Source of the DNA: Geobacter sp.
Lineage (GTDB): Bacteria; Desulfobacterota; Desulfuromonadia; Geobacterales; DSM-12255
Assembly (NCBI GenBank): GCA_009684525.1
Contig: WKKR01000008.1
Coordinates: 23,386-87,385 of the forward strand
DNA: 64,000 bases
Direction: 5' to 3'
A program made the position numbers and the translations under genes. Position 1 is the first letter of the stretch, and every line of letters starts with the position of its first letter. This document shows, in pieces, positions 17,808 to 27,969 of this stretch. The notes under the pieces are model-generated. The model saw only the letters and a list, made by a program, of their open reading frames with translations. It did no database searches and was not told where the DNA came from.

Positions 17808-20237
17808 ATGTCGAAGAAGATGCTGATCAATGTGATGCACCCGGAGGAGGCCCGGGTGGCAATCGTCCAGGACGGCCGGCTGGTCGAGCTGGATATCGAG
17901 ATCGCCGGGAGCGAACAGACCCGGGGAAACGCCTACAAGGGAGTGGTGGTCCGGGTCGAGCCGTCGCTGCAGGCCGCTTTCGTGGATATCGGGATGAAGA
18001 AGCTCGGCTTTCTCCAGATGGGGGAGCTGCACCCCGACTACTGGCAGTGGCGCGACGACGTCCCCGAGGAGCACCGCAAGCGCAGGCCCCGCATCCAGGA
18101 GGTCCTGCGCCGTGGCCAGGAGCTCATCGTCCAGGTGGAAAAGGGTGAACGGGACATGAAGGGGGCGGCGCTTACCACCTACCTCTCCCTGCCGGGGCGC
18201 TACATGGTCCTGATGCCGGGGAGCGACTCCGCCGGCGTCTCCCGCAAGGTGGAGGCCGAGGGTGAGCGGAAGAAGCTGAAGGAGACCATCGCCAAGCTGG
18301 AGATCCCCGAGGGGATCGGCTACATCGTCCGGACCGAGGCGGTGGGAAAGACCAAGACCGAGCTGCAGAAGGATCTGCAGTACCTGCTCAAGCTCAACGC
18401 CAGCATCAAGGAGAAGGCGGCCGGGGTCAAGGCGCCTGCAGCCGTCTACCAGGAGACCGACCTGGTGACCCGGATGCTGCGCGATTACTTCACCGCCGAG
18501 ATCGACGAGGTGCTGGTCGACAGCCAGGAGGTCTACAAGCAGATCAAGGCCTTCTTCAAGGAGACCATGCCCAAGTTCGAGAAGCTGGTCAAGCTCCACC
18601 TTGAGAAGCGGCCGATCTTTTCCCGCTACCAGCTTGAGGAGCAGATCGACCTGATCTACGAGAAGAAGGTGCCGCTCCCTTCGGGCGGCTCCCTGGTGAT
18701 CGAACCGACCGAGGCCCTGGTTTCCATCGACGTCAACTCGGGCAAGACCACCGGCGAGAAGGGGGTGGAGGATACTGCCTACAAGACCAACCAGGAGGCG
18801 GCCGAGGAAGCTGCCCGCCAGCTCCGGCTGCGCGACCTGGGGGGGTTGATCGTCATCGATTTCATCGACATGCGCGACCGCAAGCACATGGCCGAGGTGG
18901 AAAAGACCCTGAAGAACGCCCTCAAGATGGACAAGGCGCGGGTCACCGTGGGGAAGATCTCCCAGTTCGGCATGCTGGAGATGTCGCGCCAGCGGATCAA
19001 GCAGACCCTGGACCAGGCGATCCACCTGGAGTGCCCCCACTGCGGCGGCCGCGGCAAGGTGAAGAACGTGGAGAGCATGGCCCTCTCCTTCCTGCGCAAG
19101 GTCCATGGCGCTGCTGCCAAGGGGACCGTTTCCGAGGTGCGCGGCGGGCTGCCGCTGGAGGTCGCCTACTATCTCCTCAACCGGAAGAAGCGGGAGCTGG
19201 GGCAGATCGAGGACGACTACGACATTGCCGTCACCATCAAGGGGAAGCCGTCGTTCCTGATGAACCAGCTTGAGATAGAACTGATCAAGCGGGAGCGGCC
19301 GGCGCACGACGAGCACCACCACGCCGAGGAGGCCGAGACCCTGCTTCCTCCGGGCGAGCAGCTCTCCGGACCTGCCGCAGCCGGAGAGATCGCCGGCGAG
19401 GAAGGGAAAGGGAAGAAGAAGCGGAAGCGGAGCCGGAAGAAGAAGGCACCCGAGGGGGGCGAGGCCGGCACCGATCTGCAGGCCGGGGAGACGGCCGCTG
19501 AGCCGTCAGCCGCTTTTGAAGGACCGGAAGAGGAGCATGAGGCCGGGGAAGAAACGGCCGATGCGGCGGAAGAGGCCGAGGGCGCCGAGGCTGAGGGTAC
19601 CGAGGGTGTCGGCGAGGCGAAGAAGAAGCGCCGCCGGCGCCGGAGGAAGAAGAGCAAGCCCGGCCTGGCCCCGGAAGGTGCTGCTGGCGAGGAAGCAGGA
19701 GAAGGGGCTGTTGAGTCCGACGAAGATCAGCCGGCGGATGAGGCTGCCGAGACGGCAGGGGAAGCACCGGCAGAACTGGAGGCCCACGCCGAGGCGAAGA
19801 AGAAGCGCCGGCGTCGGCGGAAAAAGAGCACGAAACCTGCGGGCGAGGCAACGGACGCGGCTGAGCAGGCGGGCGAGGAGCTTCCTCCCCCTGCGCCGAT
19901 CGAACCGTCACCTGTGGTCACTCAGGAAGCGGAGCCGGCAGCCGAACCGGCAAAGCCTGCCCGTCGTCGGGCACCGCGCCGGAAGGCCGAGCCGGCGGCA
20001 GCCGAGGTCGTCCCTGTCGCTGCACCGGCCGTAGAGGCTCAGCCGGCGCCGGAAACGGTTGCGGCAGCCGAGCCGAAAAAGGCTGCCAGGCCGCGCCGTG
20101 CGACGAAAAAGAAAGCGGGAGAGGGTACTGAGCCCGTGGCAGCCGCAGCCGCTGAAACGCCTGCTGCAGAGAAGCCGAAACCGGTCCGCAAGCCGCGGGC
20201 GCGCAAGAAAACCGCTGACGAGGGAGGGGAGTCATGA
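17808..20237 (+). CDS. rne: Ribonuclease E (Rne/Rng family) with long disordered C-terminus
   Basis: AAFVDIG S1 domain, IDVNSG, GGLIVIDFIDM, CPHCGGRG Zn-link; acidic tail with three poly-K/R tracts. Confidence 0.93.
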   Translation: MSKKMLINVMHPEEARVAIVQDGRLVELDIEIAGSEQTRGNAYKGVVVRVEPSLQAAFVDIGMKKLGFLQMGELHPDYWQWRDDVPEEHRKRRPRIQEVLRRGQELIVQVEKGERDMKGAALTTYLSLPGRYMVLMPGSDSAGVSRKVEAEGERKKLKETIAKLEIPEGIGYIVRTEAVGKTKTELQKDLQYLLKLNASIKEKAAGVKAPAAVYQETDLVTRMLRDYFTAEIDEVLVDSQEVYKQIKAFFKETMPKFEKLVKLHLEKRPIFSRYQLEEQIDLIYEKKVPLPSGGSLVIEPTEALVSIDVNSGKTTGEKGVEDTAYKTNQEAAEEAARQLRLRDLGGLIVIDFIDMRDRKHMAEVEKTLKNALKMDKARVTVGKISQFGMLEMSRQRIKQTLDQAIHLECPHCGGRGKVKNVESMALSFLRKVHGAAAKGTVSEVRGGLPLEVAYYLLNRKKRELGQIEDDYDIAVTIKGKPSFLMNQLEIELIKRERPAHDEHHHAEEAETLLPPGEQLSGPAAAGEIAGEEGKGKKKRKRSRKKKAPEGGEAGTDLQAGETAAEPSAAFEGPEEEHEAGEETADAAEEAEGAEAEGTEGVGEAKKKRRRRRRKKSKPGLAPEGAAGEEAGEGAVESDEDQPADEAAETAGEAPAELEAHAEAKKKRRRRRKKSTKPAGEATDAAEQAGEELPPPAPIEPSPVVTQEAEPAAEPAKPARRRAPRRKAEPAAAEVVPVAAPAVEAQPAPETVAAAEPKKAARPRRATKKKAGEGTEPVAAAAAETPAAEKPKPVRKPRARKKTADEGGES

Positions 20238-21052
20238 AACGGACCGTCCTGGCGTTGATGGCGATGCTGATCCTGGCCCAGACTGCGCTGCTGGCCGAAG
20301 CGGCAGACTCCGGCCCGATCAGGGAGCTGTCGGTCTATCCTTTTATCCAGTATTTCACCTGGGAGGAGTTCAACGGAACGACCGGCAGCCGACTGCTCAA
20401 GGAGAGCGGCCCGCAATACGGCGTCGGCGGCGACATCATGCTGCATCTGGCCGAGGGGAAGGCCGGAGCCATGACCTTCAGGGGGAAGGTGGAGCTTTTC
20501 GGTGGCGTGGTGGACTATGACGGCCAGTTGCAGGACGGGACCCCCCACAAGACCGATGTGACCTACTTCGGAACCCAGGAGCAGGCTACCCTCGGCTGGG
20601 CTATCCCCTACCGCGATCTCACGGTCGAGCCGTTCGGCGGCCTGGGTTACCGCTGGTGGCTGCGGGACCTGCAGGGGAGCGGCGGCTATACCGAATACTG
20701 GTCCTCCCTGTCTGCGCTGCTTGGGGTCAGGGGGAACTACAAGGTCGGCCCCGACACGAGCTTGTTCGCGATGGGTGGAGGGAAATACCCCTTTTACAAC
20801 CGGAACGATGTTGAGAACTATCCCGGCGTCGGCAGGATCGAGCTGGAGCCGGGGAGCGACTGGTCGGCCATGGCCGAGGCGGGGATACGCCACGAGCATA
20901 TGAAGGTGTCGTTCTACTACGAAAGTTACCTCTTTCCCCAGTCGCCGGAAGTGGCGCGTTACAACTATGCCAATGCCAGAACCGAGTACTTTGTCCAGCC
21001 CAGGTCAGAATCGGAGATCTTTGGCCTGAAATTCGGGTGGATGTTCAAGTAG
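20234..21052 (+). CDS. Outer-membrane beta-barrel protein of unknown function
   Basis: Signal peptide; alternating amphipathic strands; C-terminal FGWMFK; ATGA overlap with rne. Confidence 0.75.
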   Translation: MKRTVLALMAMLILAQTALLAEAADSGPIRELSVYPFIQYFTWEEFNGTTGSRLLKESGPQYGVGGDIMLHLAEGKAGAMTFRGKVELFGGVVDYDGQLQDGTPHKTDVTYFGTQEQATLGWAIPYRDLTVEPFGGLGYRWWLRDLQGSGGYTEYWSSLSALLGVRGNYKVGPDTSLFAMGGGKYPFYNRNDVENYPGVGRIELEPGSDWSAMAEAGIRHEHMKVSFYYESYLFPQSPEVARYNYANARTEYFVQPRSESEIFGLKFGWMFK

Positions 21053-21064
21053 GATGGGGTTTCT

Positions 21065-21439
21065 GTGACGACCGTTCTCGCCATAGCCGTCTGCGGCGCC
21101 ATTGGCTGCCTGGCGCGGTACTGGCTCTCCGGCTGGGTCTATGAAGTTGCGGGCCGGGCCTTTCCCTGGGGGACCCTGGCGGTGAACGTGGTGGGGGCCT
21201 ATCTCATCGGCCTCATCATGGAGTTTGCCCTCCGGAGCACCCTCATCTCCCCAACCCTGCGCGTTGGCCTCACCATCGGCCTTCTCGGGGGGCTCACCAC
21301 GTTTTCGACCTTCAGTTACGAAACCTTCCGGCTGCTTGAAGACGGCGAATTCTTCACTGCGGCGGTCAACGTCACGGCCAGTGTTCTGCTCTGCCTGGCA
21401 TTCACCTGGCTCGGGATCTACTCGGCCCGGCACCTGTAG
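21065..21439 (+). CDS. crcB: Fluoride efflux channel CrcB/FluC
   Basis: FPWGTLAVN, GLLGGLTTFSTFSYET. Confidence 0.95.
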   Translation: MTTVLAIAVCGAIGCLARYWLSGWVYEVAGRAFPWGTLAVNVVGAYLIGLIMEFALRSTLISPTLRVGLTIGLLGGLTTFSTFSYETFRLLEDGEFFTAAVNVTASVLLCLAFTWLGIYSARHL

Positions 21440-21448
21440 GGGGTTTGC

Positions 21449-21793
21449 ATGGAACATTTCCGCGGCGAAAAGGTGCTGATGCGGATCTTCATCGGCGAGA
21501 GCGATAAATTCGGCCGGCTGCCGCTCTATGAGGCCCTGGTGGAGCTGTTCCGCAAGGAAGGGTGTGCCGGCGCCACGGTCTTTCGGGGGGTGGCGGGTTT
21601 CGGTGCCCACAGCGTCTATCACAGCGACAAGCTGCTCCGGCTCTCCACCGACCTTCCCATCGTGGTGGAGGTGGTGGAGAGCCAGGAACGGATCGACGGC
21701 TTGATGCCGCGGCTGGACGAGATGATGAGCGGCGGGCTGATAACCATGGAGCGGGTGCAGGTGGTGCATTACAGCCACCGCCATGAACGGTGA
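21449..21793 (+). CDS. DUF190 protein
   Basis: LMRIFIGESDK, GATVFRGVAGFG, LSTDLPIVVEVV; usual crcB neighbour. Confidence 0.92.
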   Translation: MEHFRGEKVLMRIFIGESDKFGRLPLYEALVELFRKEGCAGATVFRGVAGFGAHSVYHSDKLLRLSTDLPIVVEVVESQERIDGLMPRLDEMMSGGLITMERVQVVHYSHRHER

Positions 21794-21812
21794 GAAGCAA
21801 AACCCTTCGGAT

Positions 21813-22031
21813 TCAGGCCCCTTTGATGAGCTGTTCCGCCCGTTCGGTTTCGCTGGGGGAGAGATCCCTGGGCATCTTCGATTCTCCCAGGGCCTTGTAG
21901 ATCATGTAGCGGGCGCAGGCTTCAAACGAGTGCCTGCAGTAGCTGTTTTGCACCAGTGTTGCCGTTGACGGGCTGTTCTTCATGTTGTCGATGAAATACC
22001 TGCATTTTTCGTAATTCACGCATTCGGTCAT
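21813..22031 (-). CDS. 72-aa four-Cys small protein (paralog 1)
   Basis: C-x5-C-x21-C-x6-C; GAGG-type RBS; 26/72 identical to its neighbour. Confidence 0.75.
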   Translation of the reverse strand: MTECVNYEKCRYFIDNMKNSPSTATLVQNSYCRHSFEACARYMIYKALGESKMPRDLSPSETERAEQLIKGA

Positions 22032-22057
22032 GCAACTTCCTCTCTCTTTCTCAGTTC

Positions 22058-22276
22058 TCAGCCTTTTCTGACCAGCTCTGTCGCCTTGTCTGCCTGGTTG
22101 GGGAAGAGGTCTGCCGGGACCCTCTCACGGCCAAGGGCCCTGACGACCATCATCCTCGCGCATTTCGAGCTGTCATCCCTGCAGTAGATCGTCTTGAAGA
22201 TCTCTACCGTCGAGGGCATGTCTGCCATTTTGTCGTTGAAGAAGATACAGGTCTGGGTCAGTTCGCATTCTGCCAC
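22058..22276 (-). CDS. 72-aa four-Cys small protein (paralog 2)
   Basis: GAGGAGG RBS then GTG at 22276; same Cys spacing and length as paralog 1. Confidence 0.75.
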   Translation of the reverse strand: MAECELTQTCIFFNDKMADMPSTVEIFKTIYCRDDSSKCARMMVVRALGRERVPADLFPNQADKATELVRKG

Positions 22277-22380
22277 GATGGGCCTCCTCATGTCGGGTTA
22301 GTCGATTTATTTTTATCGGCGATAACGTAGAAAACTTGAATATGTAAACAATTGGATTTGTCCCGCCCCGCCGGTTCTCG

Positions 22381-22408
22381 TTGCAGAGCAGGCCGGCTCT
22401 GGTATACT
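22381..22408 (+). promoter_or_regulatory. Candidate sigma70 promoter of the suc/pdh cluster
   Basis: TTGCAG-N16-TATACT with extended -10 TG. Confidence 0.5.
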
Positions 22409-22465
22409 TCCTGACACGTAAGGAGCTGCGGTTTGATTGCCGCGGTACTACCGCGGGAGGGCTGC

Positions 22466-25156
22466 ATGTCGTTCGTCGATGGACTCGATCCCCACTGGCT
22501 TGAGGAACAGTACAACCGCTGGCAACGGGAGCCGGACAGCGTAACGCCTGATTGGCAGGCCTTCTTTGCCGGATTCGCCCTGGGACAGGAAGGTGCAGGT
22601 CCGATTGCCGGTTCAGGACGGTGTCACGACTGCTCGCTCAAGCTTTCCGGCGTCAATTCGCTCATCTATCGTTACCGCGACATTGGCCACCTCCTTGCCT
22701 GTACCGATCCGCTCTCCCCCTGCCCACTCTCCCACCCCCTGCTCGACCTGGCCGAATTCGGCCTCTCGGCCGCGGACCTGGAAACGGTCTTCCCCACCCG
22801 CAGGTTTCTCAACGAATCCGCGACCCTGGCCGAGATCCTGGCGACTCTGCGCGATACCTATTGCCGCTCCGTCGGCGTCGAGTTCATGCAGATCACCGAG
22901 CCGGCCGAGCGCCAATGGCTGATCGACCGGATGGAGCCTGTCCGCAACTGCCCCTCGGTTGACCGCGCAGAGCGGATCGTCCTGTTGCGCCTCTTGACCG
23001 AGGCTGCCCTGTTCGAATCCTTCCTGCATCGGCGGTTTCCCGGCCAGAAGCGCTTTTCCCTGGAAGGGGGGGAGTCGCTCATCGTCCTGCTCGACCGGCT
23101 CGCCCATCACGCTGCCAGCGGCGGCATGACCGACCTGGTCCTGGGGATGGCGCACCGCGGAAGGCTCAATGTCCTGGCCAACATCATGGGGAAACCGCTG
23201 GCCAACATCTTTGCCGAATTTGCCGACAATCTGGAGCATGGTTTCGTGGGAGAAGGGGATGTGAAGTACCACAAGGGGTTCTCAGCCGAGCGGGAATATC
23301 CGGACGGCCGCCTTCACCTGACCCTTGCCTTCAACCCCAGCCATCTGGAGGCGGTCGACCCGGTGGTGGAAGGAAAGGCGCGCGCCCGCCAGGATCAGAT
23401 GGGCCCGGACGGCGCAAAACGACTGCTGCCGGTACTGGTGCACGGCGATGCGGCCTTTGCCGGCCAGGGGATGGTGGCGGAGACCCTCAACCTCTCACAG
23501 CTGGAGGGGTACCGGACCGGCGGCACCATCCACGTGGTCCTCAACAACCAGATCGGCTTCACCACCCTGCCGGCCGATGCCCGCTCCACCCGCTATGCCA
23601 CCGACGTGGCCAGGATGCTGATGGTCCCCATCTTCCACGTCCACGGCGACGACCCTGAGGCGGTGGCGTTCGTGGCGCAGCTGGCCCTGGACTACCGCAA
23701 CGCCTTTGGCCGCGACGTTGTGGTGGAGGTGATCTGCTATCGCCGTCATGGCCACAACGAGGGGGACGAGCCCTATTTCACCCAGCCCCTCATGTACGAG
23801 CAGATCAAGGCGCGGCCGCCGGTGCACAAACTCTATGCCGACGAGCTGGCTGCCGGCGGCGAACCGGAGGAGACGGCCGCGGCCCTGGTGCAGGAGGTTA
23901 CCGCCCGCCTGGAGCAGGCCATGGCCCAGACCCCGGACCCCACCGTGGATCTCGGTTTTGCCAGCGACTGGCAGGGAATCCAACGCGGCTTTGAGCCGGT
24001 TGCCGTACTTACGGCCGTGAAGCAGGAGCGGCTTCAGGCGCTGGCCGAGCAGCTTGCCGTGCTGCCGCCGGGCTTCACGCCCCATCCCAAGGTGGCGGCC
24101 CTGTTGCAGCGCCGGCTGGATGCGGTCCGGGCTGGGAGCGGCATCGACTGGGGCAACGCCGAGGCGCTCGCCTGTGCCACGCTGCTGGCGGACGGCATCC
24201 CGGTCCGGCTGTCCGGGCAGGATTCCCGGCGGGGCACCTTCAACCACCGTCATGCCGTGCTGCACGACATGGCATCCGATGCGACCCACACCCCCCTTGC
24301 CGGTGTTGTGGATTCCGGCGCGGCCTTTCACGTCTACGACAGCATGCTCTCGGAAAGCGCCGTGCTCGGCTTCGAATACGGCTATGCCGTGGCGTCCCCT
24401 TGTTCCCTGGTCATCTGGGAGGCCCAGTTCGGCGACTTCGCCAACGGCGCCCAGGTGATCATCGACCAGTTCATCGCTGCCGGCGAGACCAAGTGGGACC
24501 GCTCCAGCGGCCTGACCCTCTTTCTTCCCCACGGCTACGAGGGGCAGGGTGCCGAGCATTCCAGCGCCCGCATCGAGCGGTTCCTCCAGCTCTGCGCCGA
24601 GGAAAACCTGCTGGTGGCCTATCCGTCGACCCCGGCGCAGCTCTTTCACCTCTTGCGCCGCCAGGTGCTGCAGGCGTTCCGCAAGCCCCTGGTGGTCTTC
24701 ACCCCCAAGAGCCTGTTCCGCCATCCCGACTGTATCTCGATGCTGGAGGAGCTTGCCTCGGGCGGTTTCCGCGAGGTGATTCCCGATCCGGTTCCGGCCG
24801 GGGAGGTGAGCCGGGTCCTGGTCTGCTCCGGCAAGGTCTTTTACGATCTGCAGGAATACCGCCGCGAAGAAGGGCGGGGGGATGTGGCGATCATCCGCGT
24901 CGAGCAGCTCTATCCGCTGCGCCGCGACCTGCTGCAGGAGGCGATGGCGCCGCTTTCTCATGTCACGGATTGGCGCTGGGTCCAGGAGGAGCCGGCCAAC
25001 ATGGGGGCCTGGCTCTTCGTCGGACAGCAGCTGGCAGAGGTTGCCGGCAAAGAGTTCCGCTTCGTGGGGAGAAAGCCTGCCGCTGCGCCGGCTGTCGGCT
25101 CCCACCGTCTCCATGCCGAGGAGCAGAAAGGGCTCATTGCCGCGGCATTCTCCTGA
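22466..25156 (+). CDS. sucA: 2-oxoglutarate dehydrogenase E1
   Basis: KRFSLEGGES, GMAHRGRLNVL, GDVKYH, HGDAAFAGQG TPP motif, RLSGQD, WEAQFGDF. Confidence 0.96.
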   Translation: MSFVDGLDPHWLEEQYNRWQREPDSVTPDWQAFFAGFALGQEGAGPIAGSGRCHDCSLKLSGVNSLIYRYRDIGHLLACTDPLSPCPLSHPLLDLAEFGLSAADLETVFPTRRFLNESATLAEILATLRDTYCRSVGVEFMQITEPAERQWLIDRMEPVRNCPSVDRAERIVLLRLLTEAALFESFLHRRFPGQKRFSLEGGESLIVLLDRLAHHAASGGMTDLVLGMAHRGRLNVLANIMGKPLANIFAEFADNLEHGFVGEGDVKYHKGFSAEREYPDGRLHLTLAFNPSHLEAVDPVVEGKARARQDQMGPDGAKRLLPVLVHGDAAFAGQGMVAETLNLSQLEGYRTGGTIHVVLNNQIGFTTLPADARSTRYATDVARMLMVPIFHVHGDDPEAVAFVAQLALDYRNAFGRDVVVEVICYRRHGHNEGDEPYFTQPLMYEQIKARPPVHKLYADELAAGGEPEETAAALVQEVTARLEQAMAQTPDPTVDLGFASDWQGIQRGFEPVAVLTAVKQERLQALAEQLAVLPPGFTPHPKVAALLQRRLDAVRAGSGIDWGNAEALACATLLADGIPVRLSGQDSRRGTFNHRHAVLHDMASDATHTPLAGVVDSGAAFHVYDSMLSESAVLGFEYGYAVASPCSLVIWEAQFGDFANGAQVIIDQFIAAGETKWDRSSGLTLFLPHGYEGQGAEHSSARIERFLQLCAEENLLVAYPSTPAQLFHLLRRQVLQAFRKPLVVFTPKSLFRHPDCISMLEELASGGFREVIPDPVPAGEVSRVLVCSGKVFYDLQEYRREEGRGDVAIIRVEQLYPLRRDLLQEAMAPLSHVTDWRWVQEEPANMGAWLFVGQQLAEVAGKEFRFVGRKPAAAPAVGSHRLHAEEQKGLIAAAFS

Positions 25157-25168
25157 AAGAGGTCGATC

Positions 25169-26383
25169 ATGGAAATCAGAATCCCCGAAGTTGGCGAATC
25201 GGTGCGCGAGGCGCTGGTGGCCAGATGGCTCAAGGATAACGGCGCCGCGGTCCGGAAAGACGAGCCGCTGTGCGAGCTTGAGACCGACAAGATCACCCTG
25301 GAGCTGAACGCCGAGGTCGACGGCATCCTTGCCATTGTTGTCCCTGCCGGCCAGACGGTGAAGATCGGCACGGTCATCGGCACGGTCGCCGAACAACCGG
25401 TGACGGCGCCGGCGAAAGCGGCTCCGGCCGAACCTCCTCCCGGTGGCAAGCCCCCCCTCTCCCCGGCGGTGCGCAAGCTGGCTGCCGAGCGGGGGGTGGC
25501 TGCCGATGCCATCGATGGCACCGGTCGCGGCGGCAGGGTGACGGTGGAGGATCTGCTGCAGGTCGGGTCCGGTGGCAAGGCGCGGGCAACAGAGGAAAAG
25601 GGGGCGCCGCCGGCCGTGCATTCCGAGGAGCAGGCAGCCTACGGCGGAGGAGCCGCGGTTTCCCTCCGGCCGGCCGGCGACGAGCAGCGGACCGCCCGCG
25701 TGCCCATGTCCCCCATCCGGAAACGGATCGCCGAGCGGCTGCTGGAGGCGCGCAACCGGACCGCCATGCTGACCACCTTCAACGAGGCGGACATGGGGCG
25801 GATCAACGAGCTGCGCGCCCGCCACAACGAACAGTTCCAGAAGCGGCACGGCATCAAGCTCGGCTTCATGTCGTTCTTTGTGAAGGCGTGCTGCGAAGCG
25901 CTCAAGGAGTATCCGGCGGTGAACGCCAGGATCGACGGCACCGACTTCGTCTATCACCACTACTGCGACATCGGCATCGCCATCGGCGGCGAAAAGGGGC
26001 TGGTGGTGCCGGTGCTGCGGGATGCCGACCGGCTCCACTTCCACGAGATCGAGCAGGGAATCGCCGAATTCGTGGCCAAGGTACGGGAAAACCGCCTGGC
26101 CATCGCCGACCTGGAGGGGGGGACCTTCAGCATCAGTAACGGCGGCGTCTATGGCTCGCTCCTCTCCACCCCCATCCTTAACCCGCCCCAGAGCGGTGTG
26201 CTCGGGATGCATGCCGTGCAGGAGAGGCCGGTGGCGCGGGACGGCCAGGTGGTTATCCGCCCGATGATGTACCTGGCCCTCTCCTACGACCACCGGATCA
26301 TCGACGGCCGCGAGGCGGTCGGGTTTCTCAAGCGGGTCAAGGAATATGTAGAAGAGCCGGAAGAGTTGCTCCTGGAGGGTTGA
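25169..26383 (+). CDS. sucB: Dihydrolipoamide succinyltransferase E2
   Basis: ETDK lipoyl motif, [20 protein letters not shown]. Confidence 0.95.
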   Translation: MEIRIPEVGESVREALVARWLKDNGAAVRKDEPLCELETDKITLELNAEVDGILAIVVPAGQTVKIGTVIGTVAEQPVTAPAKAAPAEPPPGGKPPLSPAVRKLAAERGVAADAIDGTGRGGRVTVEDLLQVGSGGKARATEEKGAPPAVHSEEQAAYGGGAAVSLRPAGDEQRTARVPMSPIRKRIAERLLEARNRTAMLTTFNEADMGRINELRARHNEQFQKRHGIKLGFMSFFVKACCEALKEYPAVNARIDGTDFVYHHYCDIGIAIGGEKGLVVPVLRDADRLHFHEIEQGIAEFVAKVRENRLAIADLEGGTFSISNGGVYGSLLSTPILNPPQSGVLGMHAVQERPVARDGQVVIRPMMYLALSYDHRIIDGREAVGFLKRVKEYVEEPEELLLEG

Positions 26384-26504
26384 CGGCTTCGCCAAAGGTC
26401 CATCTGCGTTGTTGCCCTTCGTCGCGCAACGCTCAACGTACCTCCGGTACGCCTCGCGCCCCGCTTCTCGGTCGCCTAGCAGCTGGAGCCTTTTGCTGTG
26501 CCGT
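26383..26504. repeat. REP/MITE-like element with imperfect terminal inverted repeats (full copy)
   Basis: ACGGCTTCGCCAAAGGTCCATCTGCG ... GCAGCTGGAGCCTTTTGCTGTGCCGT; second copy at 27970. Confidence 0.8.
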
Positions 26505-26556
26505 TGATGTTTCCTCAAGAAACTTGAACTCATGAACAAAGGGAGGTTATTTCCAT

Positions 26557-27969
26557 ATGTCTGACCAGATATTCGATCTCATCGTCATCGGCGCCGGGCC
26601 GGGGGGGTACGTGGCGGCGATCCGCGCCGCCCAGCTCGGCATGGCCGTGGCGGTGGTGGAGGAGCGTCCGGCCCTGGGGGGGGTCTGTCTCAACGAGGGG
26701 TGCATCCCGAGCAAGGCGCTTCTGGACTCGTCCGAGTATTTCGCCCTGGCCCGCGACAAGTTCGCCGGCCACGGCATCGAGATCGAGCCCCCCCGGCTCA
26801 ACCTTGGCAGGATGATGCAGCGCAAGGACGACGTGGTGAAGAAGCTGACCGACGGCGTGGCCTATCTGTTCAAGAAGAACCGGATCGCCCTGGTGCAGGG
26901 AAAGGGCCGTCTGGCGGGCCGTGACGGCGATATCCACCGGGTCGCGGTCGCAGGCGGGGCGGGCGAAGAGCTCCTCTCCGGCCGCAGGGTGCTGCTGGCG
27001 ACCGGGAGCAGGGCCGCGGAGCTTCCCGGCATCCCCTTTGACGGAGAAACCGTGGTGACTGCCCGCGAGGCGCTTGCGTTTGCCGCGGTTCCGAAACACC
27101 TGTTGGTGGTGGGGGCCGGCTACATCGGCCTGGAGCTCGGCTCGGTCTGGCGAAGGCTCGGCGCACAGGTAACCGTGGTGGAACTCCTGCCCAAGATGCT
27201 CCCCACCATGGACGGCCAGGCAGCCGACACCCTGATGCGGTCGCTGAAGAAGCAGGGGATCGCCTTCCGGATGGAGGCCAGGGTGACCGGCATCGAGAAG
27301 CGGGACAGCCAGGCAGTGGCTCTCCTCGAAGGGAGTGACGGCACTGGGGAACTGGCCTGCGACAAGGTGCTGGTGGCGGTGGGCCGCCGGCCGCTCACCG
27401 ATGGCCTGGGGCTTGACGAGGCCGGGGTTGCGCTCGACCCCCAGGGGCGGGTGACGGTTGACGACAACTACCTGACCACGGCAGCGGGGATCTACGCCAT
27501 CGGCGACCTGATCGCCGGGCCGATGCTCGCCCACAAGGCGATGGAGGAAGGGGTGGTCTGCGTGGAGCGGATGCATGGCGAGGCGTCGCAGGTGGATTAT
27601 GCCTACCTCCCCGGCATCTGCTATACCTGGCCCGAGGTCGCGTCGGTAGGGAAGACGGAAGAGCAGCTGAAGGGGGAGGGAATTCCCTATGCAGCGGGGA
27701 AGTTCAGCTTCATGGCCAATGGCCGGGCCAAATGCATGGATGAGACCGACGGTTTCGTCAAGATCCTGGCCCATGCCGAGACCGGCCGGGTGCTCGGGGT
27801 GCATATCGTCGGCCCGCGGGCCTCGGATCAGATCGCCGAGGCGGTCACCGCCATGACCTACGGTGCCACGGCCCAGGATATCGCCATGACCTTCCACGCC
27901 CACCCGACCCTGTCGGAGGCGATGAAGGAGGCGGCGCTGGATGTGGAAAAACGCGCCATCCATTCTTGA
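26557..27969 (+). CDS. lpdA: Dihydrolipoamide dehydrogenase E3
   Basis: GAGPGGY, GGVCLNEGCIPSK redox disulfide, GAGYIGLE, HAHPTLSEA. Confidence 0.96.
   Translation: MSDQIFDLIVIGAGPGGYVAAIRAAQLGMAVAVVEERPALGGVCLNEGCIPSKALLDSSEYFALARDKFAGHGIEIEPPRLNLGRMMQRKDDVVKKLTDGVAYLFKKNRIALVQGKGRLAGRDGDIHRVAVAGGAGEELLSGRRVLLATGSRAAELPGIPFDGETVVTAREALAFAAVPKHLLVVGAGYIGLELGSVWRRLGAQVTVVELLPKMLPTMDGQAADTLMRSLKKQGIAFRMEARVTGIEKRDSQAVALLEGSDGTGELACDKVLVAVGRRPLTDGLGLDEAGVALDPQGRVTVDDNYLTTAAGIYAIGDLIAGPMLAHKAMEEGVVCVERMHGEASQVDYAYLPGICYTWPEVASVGKTEEQLKGEGIPYAAGKFSFMANGRAKCMDETDGFVKILAHAETGRVLGVHIVGPRASDQIAEAVTAMTYGATAQDIAMTFHAHPTLSEAMKEAALDVEKRAIHS

Noticed and set aside
21050-21075. Fluoride riboswitch before crcB (GATGGGGTTT resembles part of the motif)
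   Set aside because: Only 12 bp separate the genes and the pseudoknot and second stem are missing.
23495-26539. 1014-aa minus-strand ORF and similar long antisense ORFs (for example 8615-10678, 33947-35365, 55866-57719, 58026-59762)
   Set aside because: Shadow frames of GC-rich genes with clear homology on the other strand; no motifs of their own.
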